40,191 nucleotides of DNA, from positions 1 through 40,191 of the IMG/VR virus record IMGVR_UViG_3300036833_000144; one strand, given 5' to 3'. The notes below the pieces were generated by a model. It worked only from the letters and a program-made list of their open reading frames with translations, was not told where the DNA came from and made no database searches. Shown here piece after piece: positions 34,578-40,191 of the stretch. Both the position numbers and the translations under genes were made by a program. This DNA is from a virus. Lineage: Duplodnaviria; Caudoviricetes. Every line of letters starts with the position of its first letter. Within the stretch, counting starts at the first letter, position 1.

Positions 34578-34792
34578 TGGATACCAGTGACATCGCCGCC
34601 GCCGCACTCCAGCCGGATGGTAAAGGCAAGTGCAGTTGCAGCCGGTTGACGTTGAACCGGAAGCCGAGCAGAAGGTGTGACAAGTGCCACGGCAGCGGGA
34701 TCGTGACCGCCTGCGGCGACTGCGGAGGAACCGGCTGGCATCCGGCGCGACGGGCGGTATGCCCTCGCTGTCAGGGAAAAGGCCACGTCTAG
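34577..34792 (+). CDS. DnaJ-type CxxCxGxG Zn-finger protein
   Basis: CDKCHGSG, CGDCGGTG, CPRCQGKG. Confidence 0.7.
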   Translation: MDTSDIAAAALQPDGKGKCSCSRLTLNRKPSRRCDKCHGSGIVTACGDCGGTGWHPARRAVCPRCQGKGHV

Positions 34793-34862
34793 GACGCGCT
34801 GGCTGGCCCGTGGCGGCGTCCGTGGGTGCAAGATGAGGCTAGGAGTTGTCCGAGAAGCAAAA

Positions 34863-34893
34863 GAGCCGTGTGGCACCATCGTCCACACGGCTC
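34863..34893 (-). terminator. terminator between convergent blocks
   Basis: 11-bp perfect stem GAGCCGTGTGG/CCACACGGCTC followed by TTTT on the minus strand. Confidence 0.7.
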
Positions 34894-34914
34894 GATTCAT
34901 TGGTTGGGATTGAT

Positions 34915-35265
34915 TTATTCCGAGTTGCTGGCATCGGCGTCGTCGGCTGACGCCTGCGCCTGATTGGCGGCATCCTGCGCATCCTCGGCGTGCTGGCGTG
35001 CTTCGTCTGCCGCGTCCTCTACTTGCTGGCGTGCGTCCTCGGCATCATCGGCTGCATCATCGGCTGCTTCTTCGGCTGCGTCCTCCGCATCGGCCTGCGC
35101 CTGATCGGCGGCATCCTTGGCTTCGTCAGCCTGATCGGAGGCCTCTTCGGCCTGCGCCTGCGCGTCCTCCACCTGCTCACGCATCTCGGCGATCTCGCGA
35201 TCCTTGCGCTGCTGGTAGCTGAAGACAATGGCGAGAACAATCAAAATGAAAAATAGCTTCTTCAC
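34915..35265 (-). CDS. membrane-anchored acidic Ala-rich coiled-coil protein
   Basis: MKKLFFILIVLAIVFSY anchor followed by A/D/E/Q heptad-like repeats. Confidence 0.7.
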   Translation of the reverse strand: MKKLFFILIVLAIVFSYQQRKDREIAEMREQVEDAQAQAEEASDQADEAKDAADQAQADAEDAAEEAADDAADDAEDARQQVEDAADEARQHAEDAQDAANQAQASADDADASNSE

Positions 35266-35561
35266 TATCGGCCACCTTCCCGCTGTGTGTTAGGCCGTCC
35301 AGAGATCGCGCATAGAAACTCGTGCTGCGCTTCGTTGCGGCGCTCAATCAGAGCGTTGATATTTTCAGCGTCGTCGCGTGCCCCTTCGTGGTTGAAGCAA
35401 ACTTCATCGGCGCTGCACCATGCGATATGAGACATAAACCGCTCTGCGGCATTCGCGACTTCAGCGTTCGCGCTGGTAAGTGCAGACTGGGCTTTGTTGA
35501 CGCGCTGGATGCCTTCAGGGGTTTGCATTCCGGTAGGTGTGCAATCAATGTATTCGGTCAA
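35265..35561 (-). CDS. hypothetical protein
   Basis: AAGGAG RBS before TTG at 35561. Confidence 0.55.
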   Translation of the reverse strand: MTEYIDCTPTGMQTPEGIQRVNKAQSALTSANAEVANAAERFMSHIAWCSADEVCFNHEGARDDAENINALIERRNEAQHEFLCAISGRPNTQREGGR

Positions 35562-35562
35562 T

Positions 35563-35679
35563 TTAGTTACTCCTTTTGCAGTTATGAATGAAGCGGCGAA
35601 GCGGTGCGAGAATGCAGATAACCAGCAGATACAGCGCACCACCAAAGACAGATGGATAGAAGTACAGTTTGAGCAGCAC
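35563..35679 (-). CDS. 38-aa membrane peptide
   Basis: TAGTG coupling; hydrophobic VFGGALYLLVICILAPL. Confidence 0.4.
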   Translation of the reverse strand: MLLKLYFYPSVFGGALYLLVICILAPLRRFIHNCKRSN

Positions 35680-35807
35680 TAGAGTTTGTCGTCCCACCAG
35701 AAGCCGAAAAGGATGCGGAAGACGAGACGAAACATGGGCTTGATGAGGGGGATCATAAACAGAGCGATCACGCCGCCGATGAAAAAATCTAAGAGCCAGC
35801 CGCTCAT
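35679..35807 (-). CDS. 42-aa membrane peptide
   Basis: GAGGAGG RBS and ATGA coupling; MSGWLLDFFIGGVIALFMIPLIKPMF... Confidence 0.55.
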   Translation of the reverse strand: MSGWLLDFFIGGVIALFMIPLIKPMFRLVFRILFGFWWDDKL

Positions 35808-36136
35808 GCGTAGTCCTCCTCGGCAAAGCCAGCTTCGCGTAGTGTGTCGCAGATAAAGCCGTCCAGCGTGCCACAATCCAGCCGTCCGCATGAGCCATTC
35901 AGCAGTTGCCGCATCGCCACGCCAGCGTCTTTCCATGCCACGCCCAGCACGTAGTCATCGCCCAGCATGTTGTCGGGACATTGCGCTTGATAGCCCTTGA
36001 GGTAGAACGACCACGATTGCAGCATGAGCGCGATGGATTCGCCGTGCTCGATGCGGGGGTGTTTCACTGCCAGATCGTGCCTATCCTGCCAGCCGTTCGT
36101 ATTTGGGAGACTGCGTTTACTTAATATGCTTGCCAT
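35804..36136 (-). CDS. hypothetical protein
   Basis: Co-oriented and coupled; GDDYVLG..W...LLNG..GRLDCGTLD. Confidence 0.65.
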   Translation of the reverse strand: MASILSKRSLPNTNGWQDRHDLAVKHPRIEHGESIALMLQSWSFYLKGYQAQCPDNMLGDDYVLGVAWKDAGVAMRQLLNGSCGRLDCGTLDGFICDTLREAGFAEEDYA

Positions 36137-36311
36137 CGTTCGTGTTCTCTTTCGGGTTACGCAGAGCGTTGAATTGCTCGCGGGTTTTGTTGAGGGCGAA
36201 GGCTATGCGCCGCGCCATGTTGGGGGTTCGCGCCTCGGCCACAAGTTCGCCGCCAAGACGAACCTCTAAGCCATAGGCGCTGTACGTGAATCGCTTTTTT
36301 GAGGTATCCAT
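36117..36311 (-). CDS. hypothetical protein
   Basis: AGGAGG RBS before ATG at 36311. Confidence 0.6.
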   Translation of the reverse strand: MDTSKKRFTYSAYGLEVRLGGELVAEARTPNMARRIAFALNKTREQFNALRNPKENTNDGKHIK

Positions 36312-36318
36312 AGTCCTC

Positions 36319-36873
36319 CTAGTATTCACTGGGCAGGAGCAGCGTGGTGGAACTGCGGTCAGCCTCCGTGATGCACCAGATGATCGTTCCCAGTTTTGTT
36401 TTGTAGACGGACATGATGCGATTGCCAGCAATCAGCGCACGCGCATTCTCGCGCCTATCGTCCTCGCATAAGTCACCCCAGTCGCCGATATTGTGCCGAG
36501 AGGTGAAATCGGAGGGAGTCTGGCTGGCTTTGTCCAGCGCTTCCATGACAGCCCATGTAGCGACTATCTTGCCCAGCGGCAGCAACGGCCTCGGCGCTGG
36601 CTTTGGCGTGGCCTGCACGGGATCGAGGTACACTGCGGCAACGTCTAGGCTGATACCGTTCAACGCGTAGCGTGTGGAGTCAATCAGCAACGTATGGATG
36701 GGGGAGAGAACGATGCTACGCTGTTCGTCAAACTCCCAGATCATCTTCGTACCATGCTGGCTTGGCGTGGTGCTGTTCCATCCCCCGCGTCCGCAGTGGA
36801 TGGCCGTGGCCTCTACGCTGGCTTGGTTGACGTAACTGTTGTTTTCATCGCGGATAAAAATATCTAACTTCAA
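36319..36873 (-). CDS. mobile-element conserved protein (RH..GDWG...ITEADRS.TT.LLP.EY family) with extra N-terminal domain
   Basis: C-terminal ~90 aa match a motif familiar from plasmid/ICE hypotheticals; TTG start after the repeat-borne RBS. Confidence 0.7.
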   Translation of the reverse strand: MKLDIFIRDENNSYVNQASVEATAIHCGRGGWNSTTPSQHGTKMIWEFDEQRSIVLSPIHTLLIDSTRYALNGISLDVAAVYLDPVQATPKPAPRPLLPLGKIVATWAVMEALDKASQTPSDFTSRHNIGDWGDLCEDDRRENARALIAGNRIMSVYKTKLGTIIWCITEADRSSTTLLLPSEY

Positions 36874-36877
36874 GTGC

Positions 36878-36917
36878 TTCTCCTGTTGCGCTGGTTATCG
36901 CCCCAGCGCTGGCGGTT
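36878..36917 (-). repeat. 40-bp direct repeat, copy 1 (hairpin + RBS)
   Basis: Identical to 37681-37720. Confidence 0.95.
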
Positions 36918-37135
36918 TACGAGTGTGTGTATCCGTCTGGCTCGATGGCGAGCCACATATTGCACCAAAAAACTGTGATTGCGCCGCCACTGGCAAAGAT
37001 CACCTGCACGCGCCTGCGAAGGAAACGATAGTTGGCGAAGTCGCTTTTGGGATCGTAGTGGCGCACCTGTTCGGCCTTGCGCTTAAGCGCCAGCTGTTGC
37101 GCCTTCGTGATTCGGAACATGGGACAAGGTTTCAT
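36917..37135 (-). CDS. hypothetical protein
   Basis: ATGA coupling; ends WLAIEPDGYTHS. Confidence 0.65.
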   Translation of the reverse strand: MKPCPMFRITKAQQLALKRKAEQVRHYDPKSDFANYRFLRRRVQVIFASGGAITVFWCNMWLAIEPDGYTHS

Positions 37136-37293
37136 TTACTAGTTTCCTTATGGGCTTTGATGAGATACGAAATCGTTTCTGTCAGGCTGGGTCTGAATCC
37201 TAGTTTGTTGTTCAATTCTTCTTGCACTTCTACCAGCGCGTTGTGTACGTCTTTCGGAAGGGCGATGTTTTTTCCGAGATATTTGCTATCCAT
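37132..37293 (-). CDS. 53-aa RHH-like protein (not in ORF track)
   Basis: GGAGG RBS, TGATG coupling; KNIALPKDVHNALVEVQEEL...PSLTETISYLI. Confidence 0.55.
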   Translation of the reverse strand: MDSKYLGKNIALPKDVHNALVEVQEELNNKLGFRPSLTETISYLIKAHKETSK

Positions 37294-37508
37294 CAAAAGG
37301 CCTCCGCTTGAATGTCACGGCGCACGCTGTCCATGATGCCCAGCGTATTGGCGCACGCACGGATAGCACCTTGCTCGCTGGTGCAGTTACCGAAAGCATC
37401 GATAATGTCAGCATCCTCCCAGCATTCAACGAGAATGTCCCAGCCCTTGTGGTTGTAATTTTTCAGTGCGTGCGCCCTTACTGCGGCAATCAATTCTGGT
37501 TGTGTCAT
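37293..37508 (-). CDS. hypothetical protein
   Basis: ATGA coupling; HAL.NY...GWDILVECW. Confidence 0.65.
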   Translation of the reverse strand: MTQPELIAAVRAHALKNYNHKGWDILVECWEDADIIDAFGNCTSEQGAIRACANTLGIMDSVRRDIQAEAF

Positions 37509-37678
37509 GCTGTCAGGTCCCTTATGAGTTGTTCTGTAGCGTGGGTGTGGCGCATCATATCCACCATTGCGAGATAGTCTGCGGAGTCGTAGCTAAAACC
37601 TTTGGCGATGTTGTCGAGCATTTCGAGTGCCCGTCCGAGTGCTTCGTGTGAATCCCTGAATTGTGCTGGTGCTTGCAT
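37505..37678 (-). CDS. hypothetical protein
   Basis: ATG at 37678 follows the AGGAG in repeat copy 2. Confidence 0.6.
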   Translation of the reverse strand: MQAPAQFRDSHEALGRALEMLDNIAKGFSYDSADYLAMVDMMRHTHATEQLIRDLTA

Positions 37679-37680
37679 CG

Positions 37681-37720
37681 TTCTCCTGTTGCGCTGGTTA
37701 TCGCCCCAGCGCTGGCGGTT
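37681..37720 (-). repeat. 40-bp direct repeat, copy 2 (hairpin + RBS)
   Basis: Identical to 36878-36917. Confidence 0.95.
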
Positions 37721-37724
37721 GTGA

Positions 37725-38642
37725 TTAGAGTCGTGAGTCCACATCGAAACGTGAGTCCGTGTTGTAGCGATAAGCGTCCACTTCGGTATCGTCCAGATAC
37801 CCGTGCGGCAGTGCATCCGTGCAGGCTGTGTAGCATTCAACGCACGCCATCTGCCCTTCCAGTTCGTATAGGTCATACTCTGGAGTGCCGCATAAGTCGC
37901 ATTCCTGCGACGCTGGCGTGGCCGTGGCGAGCTTGCCGAATCCTGCCCAGCTGTAGTCATCCTTCAAATCGTTCCAGCGCCTTCTGGTGCCCATAGCATC
38001 GATTTTGTAGGCCTTCTTAATGCCGCTGGCGGTCAGGCTGTAAACCGTGTTGTCCTTCACCGTGAGCCAGCGCGTTACCTTGATATCGGCGAAGCTTAGA
38101 GCTTCACTGATAGCTTCGCGAGTGGACGCGAAGAATATACCCGCGTCTGTCACTGCTATGCGCATCTCACCTTCGTTGAAACGTCCCATAAACCAGTTGC
38201 CATCGATGGCATAGACAATCGCACCATAGCCTTCCAGATCGTCCAAGGATGCGCCGTTAGCGAGATTATGGAAGATGTGCTGCGAATCAACAGAGCAGTC
38301 ACGCTTATGCGTGTGATTCATCTCGGCGTGATTCGAGATGATACCGTTATGAACTCCCGTTACTGTGCCCTTCGAACCTGCGACGGTAAAAGGGTGAGCG
38401 TTTGCCAGTGTGTTTTTTCCTGTTGTTCCATAGCGCGTATGTAAGGCGAACCGCTGCGGCATCTTGGCGCTAACACTCATTCCCATGGTGATGTTTCCAA
38501 GCCCATGGCGGACTTCGTTATCACTCATCCATCCCCATGCATGTCCGCCGCGTGCTTCCATGTGAGTGGCCATCACCGCCGCTGCTACTGCGTGCCTGTA
38601 GTCCGTTGCTTTGTCTGTAAAAAATCCCGCTATTCCGCACAT
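37725..38642 (-). CDS. class II (Ntn) glutamine amidotransferase
   Basis: MCGIAG N-terminal nucleophile, RGGHAWG, HTRYGT, NAHPF, HNGII, VDS; AGGAG RBS; C-terminal CxxC...CxxC. Confidence 0.9.
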   Translation of the reverse strand: MCGIAGFFTDKATDYRHAVAAAVMATHMEARGGHAWGWMSDNEVRHGLGNITMGMSVSAKMPQRFALHTRYGTTGKNTLANAHPFTVAGSKGTVTGVHNGIISNHAEMNHTHKRDCSVDSQHIFHNLANGASLDDLEGYGAIVYAIDGNWFMGRFNEGEMRIAVTDAGIFFASTREAISEALSFADIKVTRWLTVKDNTVYSLTASGIKKAYKIDAMGTRRRWNDLKDDYSWAGFGKLATATPASQECDLCGTPEYDLYELEGQMACVECYTACTDALPHGYLDDTEVDAYRYNTDSRFDVDSRL

Positions 38643-38679
38643 AATTCTTTGTTCTCCTGATAGGTCTAAAAAGTTGTAG

Positions 38680-40062
38680 TTACCGCAGATCATCGCGACG
38701 GTTGCGCGTCCATGCCTGCAATTGTTGAGGGAGTATCGCAACGAGCAATTCGAAGGAGTCATGCTGCGCAATCAAGGTATCGATCTCGCGCAGTGTGAGA
38801 CGCTGTGCAGCGTCCAATACGCTGGCGCATAGCATTCCCCAGTTCGCTGCTTTAGTCGCGTCCGTGATGCCGTTATGGTGGCGAAACTCGATGGTCTGGC
38901 GATAGTAAAAAGAATGAAGATTCAGCGCGTAATAGCGTGCAGATGAATATTTGTTGGTGGAAGCTGAGAGACGATCTTTCCCGCGATGAAAATTCGTATG
39001 CGGTTTTTTGCGCTTGATGCTCCATCCCATGTGTAGCTCTAAAGCATCTTCGCCATATAGCGCGACAATCAAATCGCGTTTAAAGGTCGTGTAGTGGCGG
39101 AAGTTGTAGATGCTTTTGCAACGCTCAGCGTAACGATTGCCGTTCCTTCTCGACTTGGAAACCAGCGAGAAAAGACCATCTTCGATTGCGCCGTATAGTC
39201 TGCAAAGTTTGAATAGATCGAAGTAACTGAAATCGCCAGCGCCGACATGGCAATGCATACCGCACGATGTATCCACAATCGCCCCAGCACGCCTTAAACC
39301 GCCGCAGATATCCGTCACATGTTCAATGAAAACGTCACCGCTTGTCGGGTTGGTGTTTATCTCGTATCCGGTATCTGGCAAACTGCCATCTTCGACAATC
39401 GCATCGCCCCAGCGTTTAGCAGCGCCGATAACAAAATCAGGATTATCGTTGCTACGTGCAATTTCCAATTCCAGCGAAATGTAACGCTTTGAGGGATTCA
39501 GTTTGTGCTGTGTTTTAGTCGCCGTATGGAACTGAAAGTCGCCATCGATTAAGCAGCCAGAGTTATCATCGCCATCATTGCAATTGCAGCATTCGTCGCA
39601 TCGATCGCATTCACCGCACGTATTTTCCACGCGTTCTCTGCACGAAGAACAAGATGCGCAATCACAGCATCGCTCGCATGATTCGCAGCGAGAACATGGG
39701 GAGTCTTCTGAATCCCGCGTTCGATCGCAACTGGGACATGTCCAGCACTCACAGCATCCATCGCGGCAATTATGACAGTTGTCACATTGCAGGCTGTTGT
39801 CAGGGAAAGTATGGTCGCACGCGCCACACGTCCAGCACTCACAGCATTGCGATTCACACTTGCTGCAATCACCGCAACGTGATGACTCGGCATTTAGCGT
39901 GCCACATTCATCACATGCAATGCACTCACAGCATGATTCGCACGCGTCACAATTGGAGCATTGCGCCGAAACGTCTGGAGCGATGTTTATATGTCCGCAT
40001 TCATTGCAGCTGTAAGGGGGAAGGAGATCAGGGATAAGCGGAGTGCAAACTACTGAATCCAT
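38680..40062 (-). CDS. putative amidoligase (COOH-NH2 ligase) with Cys-rich N-terminal repeats
   Basis: LELEI, DGSL, GYEINT, CGMHCHV, RYYALN, TIEFRHH; GAGGT RBS before ATG at 40062. Confidence 0.85.
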   Translation of the reverse strand: MDSVVCTPLIPDLLPPYSCNECGHINIAPDVSAQCSNCDACESCCECIACDECGTLNAESSRCGDCSKCESQCCECWTCGACDHTFPDNSLQCDNCHNCRDGCCECWTCPSCDRTRDSEDSPCSRCESCERCCDCASCSSCRERVENTCGECDRCDECCNCNDGDDNSGCLIDGDFQFHTATKTQHKLNPSKRYISLELEIARSNDNPDFVIGAAKRWGDAIVEDGSLPDTGYEINTNPTSGDVFIEHVTDICGGLRRAGAIVDTSCGMHCHVGAGDFSYFDLFKLCRLYGAIEDGLFSLVSKSRRNGNRYAERCKSIYNFRHYTTFKRDLIVALYGEDALELHMGWSIKRKKPHTNFHRGKDRLSASTNKYSSARYYALNLHSFYYRQTIEFRHHNGITDATKAANWGMLCASVLDAAQRLTLREIDTLIAQHDSFELLVAILPQQLQAWTRNRRDDLR

Positions 40063-40115
40063 TGGTTGTACCTCACCGGCGCGTCGCGCCGTAACTGAAA
40101 TTTGACTACACAAAG

Positions 40116-40146
40116 ATTATAGCATATGCGTGCAAGTGTGGTGCAA
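40116..40146 (-). promoter_or_regulatory. early promoter for the amidoligase operon
   Basis: Extended -10 TGCTATAAT; TTGCAC 19 bp upstream of the -10. Confidence 0.65.
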
Positions 40147-40191
40147 AAGATAAACCATAACTCTAAGTATCATGTCAAATTGCGTGTGCAA

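Noticed and set aside
34930-35180. Low-complexity GCATC/GGC repeats as a DNA repeat element
   Set aside because: Explained by the Ala/Asp/Glu/Gln-rich coding sequence on the minus strand
36319-36600. Restriction-modification subunit label sometimes attached to this motif family
   Set aside because: No methyltransferase (FxGxG, NPPY) or nuclease motif is present
36878-37720. 40-bp repeats as a CRISPR array or att sites
   Set aside because: Only two copies, 803 bp apart, enclosing genes; no cas or integrase gene; each copy contains an RBS
1-40191. Terminal direct or inverted repeats
   Set aside because: The ends share only a ~10 bp motif; no extended identity is visible

Overview
The window reads as a complete or near-complete ~40 kb tailed-phage genome of podovirus-like (P22/N4-type) architecture; the host is unknown and probably diderm, judging from the DUF3380-type muramidase. 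Layout: (1) a leftward replication/regulatory block (75-3718) with an HTH replication initiator preceded by a ~430 nt stack of hairpins; (2) a rightward late region (3741-29359) with RusA, terminase large subunit, portal, scaffold, major capsid, two paralogous adaptor proteins, tail hub, GNAT-like protein, three ejection proteins, endolysin, SleB-like hydrolase and tail fibre; (3) a divergent HExxH-protease / ribbon-helix-helix (RHH) switch (29429-30174) heading a rightward block with an SMC/SbcC-like ATPase and many Zn-finger proteins; (4) a leftward early cassette block (34915-40062) headed by an amidoligase with a 40-Cys repeat array and a class II glutamine amidotransferase. I recognise no integrase, CI-type repressor, DNA polymerase, helicase/primase or small terminase. 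Best leads: an unannotated Ibs/Sib-like type I toxin-antitoxin locus inside the structural operon (15179-15395), a terminase whose nuclease catalytic aspartates appear lost, a structured RNA leader ahead of the replication initiator, palindrome-controlled RHH switches (one paired with a zincin protease), and an exact 40 bp hairpin+RBS repeat bounding early gene cassettes. All product calls come from reading motifs by eye; no searches were run.
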